Source of the DNA: Blepharisma stoltei ATCC 30299
Lineage: Eukaryota; Protista; Ciliophora
Assembly (NCBI GenBank): GCA_965603825.1
Contig: CBFDEM010000038.1
Location: 186,001-250,000 of the forward strand
Direction of reading: 5' to 3'
DNA length: 64,000 bases
Shown: positions 33,887-45,686 of the stretch, one piece after another
Layout: each line of letters begins with the position of its first letter
How positions within the stretch are numbered: position 1 is the first letter of the stretch
Position numbers and translations under genes: made by a program
The notes under the pieces: generated by a model
Told to the model about the DNA's origin: nothing
The model's input: the letters and a program-made list of their open reading frames with translations, nothing else
The model's database searches: none

Positions 33887-35302
33887 ATGTTGAGAACCAT
33901 CTTCAGACGCATATCAGTTGATGCCCAAAAACTCAACACCCCCTTAAAGCTCTGGGACCCAGAAATTGACGCCATAATTTCAAGCGAAAAAGAACGCCAA
34001 AGAAATTGCGTAAATTTAATTGCTTCAGAAAATTTCACCTCAAGAGCTGTACTTGAAGCTTTAGGATCTATTATGACTAACAAGTATTCTGAAGGCTATC
34101 CAGGAGCTAGATATTATGGAGGCAACGAGTTTATTGACAAGGCTGAAAACTTGTGTAGATCCCGTGCTTTGCAAGTGTACAGACTTGATAGTGAGAAATG
34201 GGGAGTCAATGTGCAGCCACTTTCAGGGTCTCCATGCAATTTTTATGTGTATACTGCTATTTTAGGTCCACATGAAAGAATGATGGGGCTGGATCTTGCT
34301 CATGGAGGTCATTTGTCACATGGCTATAGAACTGAGACTAAAAAAGTATCAGCAACTTCTATTTATTTTGAAAATTTACCATATAGAGTCAATGAAACTA
34401 CAGGAATTATTGATTATGATAAACTGGAAGAAAATGCGAAACTTTACAGACCAAAATTAATTGTTGGAGGATACAGTGCTTATCCAAGAGATTATGATTT
34501 TGCTAGAATAAGAAAAATCTGTGACGAGACTGGGGCGCTATTTATGTATGATATGGCCCACACAAGTGGAATTGTTGCTGCAAATGTTGGGTTAAGGGAT
34601 CCATTTCAATATGCTGATATAGTAACAACAACCACTCATAAAAGCTTAAGAGGACCTAGAGGTGCAATGATTTTCTATAGAAAAGGATCATATAAAGACA
34701 AAAAAGGCAATGATGTCCCATACGATTTGCAACAAAAAATTGATTTTGCTGTATTCCCAGGCCATCAAGGTGGTCCACACAATCATACCATAACAGCCCT
34801 TGCTGTTGCATTAAAAGAAGCTCTTTCGCCAGAATTTAAAGAATATCAAGCCCAAGTCCTTAAAAATTCCCAAGTCCTAGCAGGAGAATTGCTGTCCTTA
34901 GGATTTAATTTAGTTTCAGGAGGAACTGACAATCATCTAATGCTCGTTGACTTGAGAAACCGAGGGATTGATGGAGCTAGATTTGAAAAAGTGTTAGACA
35001 AGGTCAGTATTGTTGCTAATAAAAATACAATTCCTACAGATAAAAACGCCTTAGTGCCAAGTGGAGTCAGACTGGGAACTCCAGCCATGACCAGCAGAGG
35101 GTTTATGGAAGATGAATATAAAAAAGTGGCAGGGTTTATTAATAGATGCGCAAAAATCACTAAAGATATCAATGAAAAAGCACCTGGGAAAAAAGTTGCT
35201 GATTTTAATGCATTTTTAAATAGTCAGCAGTGGCCTGCTATTGCTGAACTTAAAAGTGAAGTTGAAATTTTGGCTTCTTCTTTCCCAACCATTGGGTATT
35301 AA
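33887..35302 (+). CDS. SHMT: Serine hydroxymethyltransferase, probably mitochondrial
   Basis: [46 protein letters not shown]; Arg-rich presequence-like N-terminus. Confidence 0.97.
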   Translation: MLRTIFRRISVDAQKLNTPLKLWDPEIDAIISSEKERQRNCVNLIASENFTSRAVLEALGSIMTNKYSEGYPGARYYGGNEFIDKAENLCRSRALQVYRLDSEKWGVNVQPLSGSPCNFYVYTAILGPHERMMGLDLAHGGHLSHGYRTETKKVSATSIYFENLPYRVNETTGIIDYDKLEENAKLYRPKLIVGGYSAYPRDYDFARIRKICDETGALFMYDMAHTSGIVAANVGLRDPFQYADIVTTTTHKSLRGPRGAMIFYRKGSYKDKKGNDVPYDLQQKIDFAVFPGHQGGPHNHTITALAVALKEALSPEFKEYQAQVLKNSQVLAGELLSLGFNLVSGGTDNHLMLVDLRNRGIDGARFEKVLDKVSIVANKNTIPTDKNALVPSGVRLGTPAMTSRGFMEDEYKKVAGFINRCAKITKDINEKAPGKKVADFNAFLNSQQWPAIAELKSEVEILASSFPTIGY

Positions 35303-35403
35303 CTTAATAAATTTGATTATGAAACTGGGTTAATTTTATTTAAGACTATAAATTGTAAAAATAATAAAAATCTTTATTCCTAGCAAAACTATATTATGTG
35401 TAT

Positions 35404-35847
35404 TTATTTTGTGAATCTATAATAATAAACCTTCTCGCCTTTCTTTATAAACCTATAAAAATCCAGCTTAATCTTGAACGCCATTTTTGCCATATCTTCA
35501 TCATATTTTCCATTACTTTCTCTATATCGTTCCAAAATGACCTTTTTTAATTCTTTTTTATCCACTCCTTTCGCTCCTTTTTCCTTCAAATAATATTTTA
35601 TTTCATTTCTTCAACCTTTCCATACCCTCGTTTTTTTCTTCTCTTCCTTTGGTTTATGAAATTTTCCAAAGTATTTTTCGCTTTCCGTAATGCAGCTTGT
35701 ATGTGTATCAAACTCAAACCCCTTGAAATCTTTTGCACAGTCTATACAGGTGAATGTCCAAGCATTTGGGCAAACAGTCTCGCAATGCTTATTTACTTGA
35801 TTTTTCTTGAGAGTAGCTTGGCACGCACCACATATAAAAGTGACCAT
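35404..35847 (-). CDS. LYAR: LYAR-type C2HC zinc-finger nucleolar protein, 147 aa
   Basis: MVTFICGACQATLKK..V..H...C, FTCIDC..DF.....HTSCITESEKY; TGA 35611 joins ORF 35404-35589. Confidence 0.85.
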
Positions 35848-35864
35848 TTTTATTACTAAATTAC

Positions 35865-37535
35865 TTAAACTTTTACGTTGTTTTCTTTGGCCCATTTATT
35901 GATGACTCTTACGATGTATTCTACCTGTGGATTGTTGGTATTCCTTAAAATTTCAACGGTTTCGACAAGTCTGTCTTTACTTTCCTTACCTGCCACTACC
36001 ATTTGAAAAACACCAACAGCTGCCCCTCTTTTACCTTCCCAGTACTCTGGGTCTGGGTCAAGTCTTTCTAATACATCAAAAGCTTTGAGCGAATAATAAA
36101 ATTGCCCCATTCTATAGCAGTCATTAGCAATAAGCTGTAATAATGAAAAGGATTCATTGGAATTTTCCATATTAAAATAAATACTCCAAGCCATGCTAGG
36201 TTTTCCATTCATTATATAAGCCCTGCATAGCCAAGTTATATATGCATAATCCATCTTAAGTCTTTCGTTTTGAATGAGCAGTAAAGATTCTTCTGCGTCT
36301 TTATATTCACCTGCAGCAGCTGATGCTATTCCGAAATTCCAGTTAAAATCGTCATCATTTGGAAAATAAGCCCTAACTGATTTAAGGTAAACAAGAACAT
36401 CTTCAAATTGCTGAAGCAAAAAGAAACAAGATGCCATGCATTGACGGCCTGGAATTGTATCGCATTCACTGGCTGATGCCCCGACAAGCTGAAAAAGAGT
36501 TTGAGCAAGCTTAAGGTGTTCGCGGTTTTCTGTTTCTTGGCCGAGCATAGCATAGACAACACCTTTTAATATATATTCCCTTGGAACAGTCGGTTCCACA
36601 TCTTTTATAAGTTTAAACGCTTCTTGGACTTCATCATTTCTTAAATGATAAATTACCAAATTTAGCCTCGCTTCAGATATAATATCAATTAATGGTGGCA
36701 AAACCTGCAAGGCGTTTTCTCCGTTTCTAAAAACCACTTGGTTATGTCTCAGCAAGTCACTATCATTAAACACATTTCCACTTTCTGCAGACGAATTAAT
36801 TCCTTTAAGCTCTTGCTCTGCTGCTTTCCCATTAAAAAGCTGGAATTGGTTGCACGCTTTTAAGTTAACTGCAATTACACTATCAGGATATTGATTTAAA
36901 TAGACTTGCAAGATTTCGTTACTGACCTCGAAATAGTCTAATTTGTAATAGCATAACGCTACATATACGTTGAGGGCATTAAAATCTCTATTATCAAGGA
37001 GTAGTTTCTTATAAATATCGTTGGCTTCATCAAAATGGCTTCTTAAGTAGTGTATTGCTGCCATGCAAAGCTGATCAGGAGTGCTTTGGCCGATTTTCTG
37101 ATGGTAAACTAATACAACATTTTCATCACCTCGCTTGTGAGCTATATGAAACATAAGGCGGATCAGCAAAGGAGTTTCGGGGGCTTTGGTGCATTCACCA
37201 TATGCTTCGTCGTATTGGCAGAGTGCATAATAACAGCATGCTTTATAAATATGAAGTTCAGGAGAGTAGCTTGGATTTTTCATAAGCTCATCATAAGCTT
37301 CTATAGCTTTTTTATACTCGCCTGCATGAAAGGCTGAATATGCGAGCCATAGTAGCAGTTTCTCATCACGAGCGGCAGATTTTTGAATTTCGAGGAATGT
37401 TAAAGCACCTAAAAAGTCTCTGTCATCAATAAATGTTTGCAGCTTAGGCATTTGCTGTTCTTTTCTTGGTGCATTTGGAACGGCAGCTTGTTGGCTTGCT
37501 TTATGCTTTGATAGTGACGATAAAGGTCTGATCAT
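35865..37535 (-). CDS. IFT56: Intraflagellar transport protein 56 (TTC26/DYF-13)
   Basis: TPR protein with [54 protein letters not shown]. Confidence 0.95.
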   Translation of the reverse strand: MIRPLSSLSKHKASQQAAVPNAPRKEQQMPKLQTFIDDRDFLGALTFLEIQKSAARDEKLLLWLAYSAFHAGEYKKAIEAYDELMKNPSYSPELHIYKACCYYALCQYDEAYGECTKAPETPLLIRLMFHIAHKRGDENVVLVYHQKIGQSTPDQLCMAAIHYLRSHFDEANDIYKKLLLDNRDFNALNVYVALCYYKLDYFEVSNEILQVYLNQYPDSVIAVNLKACNQFQLFNGKAAEQELKGINSSAESGNVFNDSDLLRHNQVVFRNGENALQVLPPLIDIISEARLNLVIYHLRNDEVQEAFKLIKDVEPTVPREYILKGVVYAMLGQETENREHLKLAQTLFQLVGASASECDTIPGRQCMASCFFLLQQFEDVLVYLKSVRAYFPNDDDFNWNFGIASAAAGEYKDAEESLLLIQNERLKMDYAYITWLCRAYIMNGKPSMAWSIYFNMENSNESFSLLQLIANDCYRMGQFYYSLKAFDVLERLDPDPEYWEGKRGAAVGVFQMVVAGKESKDRLVETVEILRNTNNPQVEYIVRVINKWAKENNVKV

Positions 37536-37724
37536 TTTATAACTTTAAATTGCTAAAAATGAGGCACTTTAAGATTATTATGAAAATTATAATTATTTAT
37601 CAAGCAACGCATAATGTCTGATTAAAACAAATAATCAATTTTATTGAATTTCCAATCAATAATAAAATGCTTAAGATCTTGAATTAATGCTCAAAATTAA
37701 ATTTATCAACCTTTTATAATTATT

Positions 37725-38877
37725 ATGGGTGTGTGCATAAATAAAGCCATTAATCCTCAAATAACAAAGGAAGAGTTGAAGTCGAAAATATATAACGCTA
37801 TAGACCTTGATAAGGTCGGAACTTTAAATAATTTATGAAAGACTTATATTAAGCCTAGACCAAACATCGTGCCGTTTTTTGAAATCAATGAGCCACTATT
37901 GCAGATTCAAGGAGTAATTATTATATTAGGTTGATATTAATACTTTGGCTTTCGCAATTAGGATCGGGAAAACAAATATTGTGAAATTTTTAATTGAAAA
38001 TTGCAAAGCAAAAATTGAAGCTATGAATCAAATATATAGCTCAATTGGGAAAACTCCAATGGATGTCATATGCGAATATGGGCATCTTGACCTTTTGAAG
38101 TACTATTTACCAATATACCTCGAATCCAAAGAAATAAGGTCTACGGACTTTTCATTTCATGAAGACAGTTTAGAAGATCTTTCTATATTTAATTCAAAAA
38201 CCATGAAAAAATCTTTAAATAGAGGCCCAACTGCAATTCAAAGGGCTTGCGAAAGAGGCAAAATTGAAATTGTTGATTACCTCACAGACTATTTTAAAGA
38301 AAAATCAGTCCCAGATGAGTTTAATGTGCATTTTGAGGATGAAAGAACTGGAGAAAATTGTGCTTTGATAAGCTGTCGAAATGGAAATTTAGTTCTTGCC
38401 ATGCTTCTTTATAAGAAGTGCAATGCGAATTTTCATAAATTAAACAAGAGGTCAGAAAACGCTGTACAGCTAGCAGCGATTGGAGCCAATAAATATCCTT
38501 ATAGGAAATACTTCGATTTGATAAAGTTTTTAGTAGAAGACTTAGAAGTAGACATAGCTTATCAATATGAAGAAACTCTTATGCTCTCAGAAAATAAATT
38601 AATAACTTCTTATCTGGAATCAAAATTACTACAGAGAGGATTAGACAAAGCGAAAAAGAAATTCATAGAGAAAGAAAATGCTATTAAGCAGGAAACACAT
38701 GATGAGCTGACTGGGTTGTCACCAGAAATTATTGACAGATTGGCTAGTGCAGGAAGAAATTTTGAATTTACTGAAATATTCAAAGAAGAGTTAAATGAAA
38801 AATCACATTCATCTTTTGTTAGCTCTATAAGTCCGTATTCTGAGCCTTCAGAGATTTCTTGCCCGAAATTTTGGTAA
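37725..38877 (+). CDS. Ankyrin-repeat protein, about 378 aa
   Basis: ATG 37725 (MGVCINK), one TGA=Trp, 16-nt intron 37914-37929; TPMDVICEYGHLDLLKY, TAIQRACERGKIEIVDYL. The 3' end is slightly uncertain. Confidence 0.8.
37914..37929 (+). other. 16-nt intron GTAATTATTATATTAG
   Basis: Removal shifts the 37725 frame into the ankyrin ORF frame. Confidence 0.8.
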
Positions 38878-39010
38878 GAGAGGAGGCTCAGGTAAGTTGG
38901 CTAAGGATTTAAGAATAATATAAATAAAATACATCTAAATAGCTTTTATTGGTTAAATCTTATAGAAAATTAGAGTATAAATAAAGAATTCTAAGTAAAG
39001 CACTCATTAA

Positions 39011-39091
39011 GACAGTATGGCCGAGTGGTTAAGGCGACAGACTTGAAATCTGTTGGGATCTCCCGCGCAGGTTCGAATCCTGCTACTGTCG
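39011..39091 (+). tRNA. tRNA-Ser (anticodon TGA), long variable arm
   Basis: Acceptor stem GACAGTA/TACTGTC plus discriminator G, D-loop CCGAGTGGTTAAGG, anticodon arm ACAGA-CTTGAAA-TCTGT, T-loop GGTTCGAATCC. Confidence 0.97.
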
Positions 39092-39096
39092 TTTTT
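39092..39096 (+). terminator. Pol III oligo-T terminator
   Basis: TTTTT immediately follows the tRNA discriminator base. Confidence 0.7.
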
Positions 39097-39126
39097 GCCA
39101 CTTTTCAATAATTTCTAATTATTTAA

Positions 39127-41019
39127 TTATTTTTTCATCAAGTCGCTTATCCTTACCTTCTTTTTCACCGCATTTGTCAGCCCATCATGGTAAATAAACG
39201 CCAAACTTTGCCCTCCAAGACTTTCCCTTTTTCTCTTTCTATTTTCGAAATCCTGATAAGTCATTTCTTTCACCTGCGATATTACAGTTTTCGTCACCTG
39301 TGCCGTTCTATTAAAATTATTCACCAGTGTTCTACTAATATAAAAATCTTTTGGGATCCTTACAATTCTCTGTACAGAAGGCTCTACGTTTCCATTAATA
39401 ACTTCAAACCCAAATTCCCTAAAAAGGTCTTGCAAAAGTTTTAGAATTTCATAGTCAAAATCATCATTACCACTAGAGCTTTGGAATATTTTGGTGATAA
39501 AAGAATAAATGTCTTCACATGCAACTGAACTTGGTAGCTTTTCTGGTTTTCGAGGCTGATTGTTTTCTAGATATCTAATTGCGTCTGTTGTTTCTGTTAT
39601 AGCTTTGTTTATTTGTTTAAAATATAGAGGAAAATGAATTTCTGGGGACATAGATGTGCAGATTTTATTTGCAGTAAGACTTGGCATCTGTATAGACCTT
39701 ACACATTGAAATGGCATAAGCTCAAATTCTTGTTTTTGAGAGATTCTTTGAGAAATTACATCTGCTAATACTAAAGAGTCCTATATGTATTATACCATTA
39801 ATTCTGCAGATTTGTCCATACTATAATCTGTATACTTTGAGCCTGTATAGTTTTCAAAAATCCCACTATTAATTAATTCAAAATCCCCAAAACTGTTCAC
39901 AATTTTCCTTAATCCATTAGTATTTTTCTGAGTGAAAATGATTTTTCATATATCAAAAATAGACCTATTGACAAACTTTGACCTGAAGCTATCTGAGTCA
40001 CTAGAATACACGTTAAATTGGCTTCCTTCTCTCTGAGACCCTAGCAATTGTAAAGTATTTAAACAGGTCCTGATATCAGCATTATTATCTTGTATTAAAG
40101 TATTTAAGTACTGGCTTTCTAAATGAACTCTCTATATATAAAATACTTCTTCTCTGCAGATTTCTTTAAGTCTTTCAAATACTTCTTTATGGAATAAAGA
40201 TTTACAGTTCACAATTTTACATGTGGGCCTTAATAGCTTTAAAGAAGGCGCATAAATGTCATTGGTGATAGCTATGATAGGTCTTTTGGTATTTACTGAA
40301 ATGATTGCGTTTAATTCTTGGACTGTTTGCTTGTCCAAGGTTTCTACTTGGTCGAGGATTAGGAGTAAAGGCTTCTCAGTGACTGTTTTTATGTTGAGAA
40401 CGTTTCTTACCCTTTGAACGAGATCTTTTCCGACACCTATTAAAGCACAGTTCACTTCGTAGGGCTGATAATTGCATTGACGTGTAATAACTCTTGCTAA
40501 GGTACTTTTCCCACATCCAGGAGGTCCCCCAATTAATAGCATTGGTTTTGTTTTTTCATTGCTTTCAATTTTTGGTTTCATGAAAGGCCCTCTTTTCACT
40601 GGGGTTCTTTTTTCTTTAAATACAGCTTTATCTCAAGATTTTAGCCATGATAATGAGTCTCTATTGATATATTCTTCTGTTATTAGTTCTAAAAATGAAT
40701 GAGCTTCGTATTTATCCATCCATAAACTACGGTCTTCTTTGTCTAGAAGTGCTAAAAAATTCAAGCCTGATTCGTTTTTTGATGCAGCCATTGCAGATTT
40801 CAGTTGAATATTTTCGCTAATGATTTCTTTTAAGCGTGATATTGGGACTTCTAGGAAACTTTTTCCGCTTAATTCAAACATTAAATCAGTGTTAAAAGGA
40901 TTTGTGGAAGCTTTCTTTAGAAAATATTGGCGATTTATTGTAAAATCATCAGAAACATTTTCATACATGACAATTGGGACGGAGTTCTCAGTTGGCGCCT
41001 CACTAAAATGCTGCTCCAT
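39127..41019 (-). CDS. CTF18: CTF18 (RFC-like clamp loader large subunit), about 620 aa
   Basis: LWMDKY, NRDSLSWLKSW (TGA 40633), GPPGCGKSTLA, RPIIAITNDIYAPSL, DIRTCLNTLQ; introns 40132-40146 and 39781-39795. Confidence 0.88.
39781..39795 (-). other. 15-nt intron GTATAATACATATAG
   Basis: Removes in-frame TAA/TAG inside CTF18. Confidence 0.85.
40132..40146 (-). other. 15-nt intron GTATTTTATATATAG
   Basis: Removes an in-frame TAG between the AAA core and sensor-2 of CTF18. Confidence 0.88.
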
Positions 41020-41051
41020 TTTATATCTAACTATGATATTAATTAATTTCC

Positions 41052-43037
41052 TTATGGATAACTCAACCCAAGCTGCTTTGCAAGCTTTTTCTCCGCTTTT
41101 TCATGCTTTTTAGTCAGAATCACAATTCGTTCACTTGCAGCTGCCCTTTCTATCCCAAAAACTTTTTCCAGTTTAGTTCTTTCTTCTTCACTTAGATTAG
41201 CCGCCCTTCTTTCTCTCTCATTTTCTTCTTTTTCTTCTTTATCAAGTAGATTTTGAAGTTCTTGGTGATTTTTATTTTTTAAATCATCAAACATTTTTTG
41301 AGCATAAGCTGTAATATTATCAGGCTGTCCTTGGACTTTCATTTTTGGCTGGGAATTTCGCTTTGTTTTTATTTTTTCTGTTCTTTTTGTTTCTGGTTTT
41401 TCTTCTCTTTGTGTATCTTTCTCTTTGTCTTTTCCTAACAAATTTGAAAATTTGCTTGTGTATTCTTTAAGCCCGCTTTTCTTTTTTTTGGCCTCTTCAA
41501 ACATTTGAACGATTCGCTGCTTTTCTGCTTCAGCTTTTTCTTTTCTTTTTCTCCTTTCTTCCATTAGCTCTTCTTTAGCTTTTCTTAGCATTTCTACTCT
41601 AAGTGTGTCTTCTTGGATTCTTTCTAAGACTTTTTCTCTGTGGTAATTTTGTTGTTTTGAGATCCTGATAACATTATCAGTTCTATCAGCTCTTTTCATA
41701 TCTTCTGCTTCCTTTTTAATTCTATTTTCTTTTTCCCTTTGCTTTTTTAGTTTTCTTACTTTTTCTTCCTCTTCTTCTCGCTTTGTCAATATTTTTTTGA
41801 CTCTTTCAGTTTCTTGCTGCTCCATTCTTTGCCTTACCATAAGAGTTTGCTCTTGGCGCTGTTTTTCTTCTTCTTTCTTTTTCTCTAATTCTTCTTCTTT
41901 TCTTTTTAACTGTTCTTCAAATCTGTTATCAGCTTCTGTTTGTGCTTTAATTAAGTCATTTTTTCTTTTTTCTTCTAAAAACATGTTTAATTCTTGGACT
42001 TTTTTAAGCTCCTGCACTTTAATTTCAGCTCGTTTTTGGGACTCAATACGTGCTAGCTCACGATCTTCTTCAATTCTTTTGCGTTTTTCTTCGTTTTCCT
42101 TTTGCCGCTGTTCGAATTCGTTTCGGCGCTGGCCGAGGATTTTGGTTAAATTTTCTTTTGCAGTTTCCAGCTTGGCATCTTTTTCAGCACGGATTTTTAG
42201 GCTTTCTTCAATTTTCTTTTGAGTTGCAATTGCTATCATTTCTTTTCGCTTTTGGTCCCTTTCATCAAGCTGCTTTTTCCTCTCTTCAGCTCACTTGACT
42301 TTTTGCTCGACCATTTGTTCAGTTCTAAGTTTAAATTCTTCTTGTTTTCGTTGAGTTTCCATTTCTCTTCTTCTTGCTTCTTCTTTCCGTTGCTTTTCTT
42401 TTTCTTTGTCCTCTTTTGCTTTTCTTTGGACTCTTTCAAATTCTTCTTGGGCTCGTTTTCTATTTTCCTCTTCTTCTTGAAGCTGGGCCTGCATTTTTCT
42501 TTCCTCATCCCTTTTCCTTTTTGCCTCTTGCTCTTTTCGCCGTTGCTTAATTTCTTTTTGTCTTGCAATTTCTTTTTGCCTTGCCTTCTCAGCCTTTTCT
42601 TCATTTTTCTGCCTAAGAGCTTCCATGGTGAGCTCATAGTCAACCATCTGCTGCAATTCCATTTGTTGCCTTCTTTCTAGTTTTTCAATTTCCCGTTTTT
42701 CTCTTTCCACTACGCCAGAGCTTAAAAGATTCAAATCAATGCTGGTATTATTGCTAAAATGAGACTTGGTGTTTAATATATCAGCATCAGTGATTTTTTC
42801 CCTTTCTTCTTTTAGTCATTTCAGTTTTTCTAGGCGTTTTTGTTCGACAAAATCAAAGCGAATTTGAGCAGTTTCTTTGTCCATTCCTTTAGTCATATAG
42901 CTTTCAAAAGGGCGATACACAAGCTCATAGGGCTCAATCCCTAAACGCTTGCATGCTTCTTTGGACCTTGGGGTGAAGCTTGGAGCCTTTGCAATGTTTG
43001 TATCAATTGTTTCTAAAGATTGCAACTGATTGTCCAT
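41052..43037 (-). CDS. Long E/K/R-rich coiled-coil protein, 661 aa
   Basis: Three in-frame ORFs joined by TGA 42816 and 42291; N-terminal motif TPRSKEACKRLGIEPYEL. Confidence 0.8.
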
Positions 43038-43424
43038 TTATATAAATTTGGAAAATATTTGAATAATTATTTTATAGATTAAGTAAATTCTTAGTTTATT
43101 TGAAAATTTTCAATTTTGGGTCAATATTTGGTTTATAAAACAGCTTATTTATTATTTAAGCAAGCTTTGAGGGTAATTATTTGTCTTACCGGTTCACACT
43201 TTATATATATTAAAAAAATACAAAAGTTATTATAATCTTAAATTTAAAACATTTAATGCAAAGATGAAACCGAATAGCCTTTTATTGTAAATGCTTTAAT
43301 TAAATAAATAACTTTAAATTAGCTTATTTTACAATTAATCTTAATAATAATTTATATATTTATTAGTTAAATATATCCCTAATAATTTTTAGACATATTA
43401 GCTTGTAATGAAAATGCTTCTTAC

Positions 43425-43856
43425 TTATAAATCGCCCTTTTTCTCTTTTCCAGGACCTTTCTTTCCATTTCCCACTTCCAATCTATACCTAATATCTCTT
43501 CTCTTCTTAAAATACATAAAATCCACCTCAATATCTTTCGAAGTCTCCAATCCATTATTTAAAATCGGCACTAAGTGCTCAAATTTACTCTGCTTTGAAG
43601 GGCTTGTATTAATAACTTCTCTCGCTTCTTCTTCTGTAATAAATCTCATGCAATTATTAAATGCCCTTTCCATGATTTTTGTCCTAATATTTGATGCATC
43701 TAAATGCGGCTTTGCTTCAATGACTTTTTCTAAATCATTGTGCTTTTGTCTCTGAAGTCACATTGTCAATGAATAGCAAGAATTTTCTTTGAGCTCTTCT
43801 AAAGAGGTGCCTGCATATGCCAAGCTAATTATAGTGAAAAATAAAATTTTCCACAT
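43425..43856 (-). CDS. Small secretory-pathway protein (signal peptide, C-terminal KGDL), 143 aa
   Basis: MWKILFFTIISLAYAG; one TGA=Trp; in frame with ORF 43425-43673. Confidence 0.75.
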
Positions 43857-43876
43857 TATAAAACACGTGTAATAAT

Positions 43877-44287
43877 ATGGATAGAAGAAGGATTGATAGG
43901 AAAAAGACTTGTCCTTTGCTGCTTAGAGTATTTTGAAAAGAAGAGCAGGAAATTAGCCCTGAAAGCTTAAAAAATAGAGGCAACGAATTAGAGCAAGATG
44001 AAGTAAGATTATATACGTGAAAAGATGCAACTTTTAGAGAAATTGCGGATATGTTAAAGGAACATATTCCAGGAACAAGAAGAAAAAATGCGGAGCTGAA
44101 TTTTTATTTTATTAGACCTAATTTAGAAGGAGGGTTAGAGCGCAAAGATATAGGAACAGTAAATACAATTAAAAGGGGAGAGGTAGATTTTATGACTTTA
44201 AACCAGCTGAGGTTTGTAACTGGAGACTATTTGGGATTGACGATAAAATATACCTGAAATAATTTGAAAGATTTGTATTCTGTTTAG
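43877..44287 (+). CDS. SAP18: SAP18 (Sin3-associated protein / ASAP complex subunit)
   Basis: IDRKKTCPLLLRVF, LYTW(TGA)KDAT, TLNQLRFVTGDYL. Ends at TAG 44285-44287 if TGA 44255 is Trp. Confidence 0.88.
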
Positions 44288-44813
44288 ATATAAATATAAA
44301 TGGAAATGTAGTGTAATGTAATGTAAACAACTCTTAAGGAATTTATTCAAGAGACACTGGCGCATATTAAAAAAGCAATTAGATTTTAAAAATACATTAT
44401 TGCACTATCAAAATTCTTGTACTTAGCTATTCAATGCTATATCTAAAATTTGAATACAGTCTTAATAAAGCAGAAACGACCTTACAGGCAATCAAATTAT
44501 AGTGAACTTTAGCAATTATAAGGAATGATGCCTTAATAATAGAGAAATAAAGATTTATGTAGAAAATTCTCATTAATGATGAGTAAAACTAATAAGAGTA
44601 TTATTCTAGTTAAGCAAATTATTTCAAAAAGATAAATATAAAATAAAATAAATCAATTTAATTATAAAATAAATTTGTAGACTTGCAATTAATAGTCAAG
44701 ATTTAAATTAATTATTAGAATATTAATAAGATTATTTAGTTTTAAATTTATTTTTAATTTAAAATAACACAAGTTTTTAAGAAATAGTTAATTAGGAGAA
44801 AACCTTTACTCTC

Positions 44814-45686
44814 TTAAGCTTCTATGGATTCATTACCGTTTTCTCCTTCTTCCAAAGGGTCTAAGATTTTAAGGACAAAACTCCAAGTGTCCAGCTCTGA
44901 GCATTCTGGCAAGATTCTGATTCCACGGAGAATTCTTGTTAAGTCAAATTTAAAGTTGTAAATTCAGTTAGTAGTGGGTGCACTGCTGGTGATTTTGATT
45001 TCGATATTAAATTCTGGGTTGCTGTTGCAATTTTCAGTAAAAGAATGTAGTTCTAAGATTTTTTGAATCATATAGTTAGCACGATTAGTGCTTAAACAAT
45101 CTGCATCTATATCAAGTGTATGCGTAATTTCATTTTCAGGAGTTAGAAACTCCTTGTAAATTTTATTGTTTGCTTTACTTTTTATGTTGAGTTCATCTTT
45201 GATTATATAGCTTGAATTTCTTAGGATATTTATTATTCTGGCGTCGTCCAAATCTTGTGGACTTAGGACAACTAAGTCTGCATTTTTCACAATTTGTTCA
45301 AGTTGGTAGTTATTGATATGTATTTCTCCGAAGTAGTTGTCTAAATTTATTCTTGAAGTGTTTGAAGTTGATAAATTCCAAATCCCCATTTTCGGGAACT
45401 GGGTAGCGTAACCTCTACCTGAAAAAGCAGAGGTTTCAAGTATAGCTACCCTTGAACTGATCAAAACAGGGCATCCTTTTGGGCTATAAGAGGTTTGATA
45501 AGAACTGCGCAATCCAAAAGAATGGTGGAAGCTGGAGCCAACACTGCTCCGATACAAATTTATCAATAAATCTGCATATGCTATAAAAGAGTCAGGATCT
45601 TTTTCGTGAATGCTTCACTCATCCTGAAATCCATGTCTCCTTAGTGTCAAGGACGAGAACGACACATCGTTCATAGGCTCTCTCAT
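44814..45686 (-). CDS. Hypothetical protein, 290 aa; C-terminus weakly Smr-like
   Basis: ATG 45686, two TGA=Trp, TAA 44814. Confidence 0.7.

Noticed and set aside
39011-39091. tRNA with TGA in its anticodon loop as the UGA-decoding tRNA
   Set aside because: Anticodon TGA reads UCA (Ser); a UGA decoder needs TCA. The long variable arm and G discriminator fit an ordinary tRNA-Ser.
41797-42680. Phe/Ser/Leu-rich plus-strand ORFs, and similar short overlapping ORFs such as 17318-17800, 52272-52697 and 53361-53732
   Set aside because: These are antisense or alternate-frame shadows of Lys/Glu-rich real genes.
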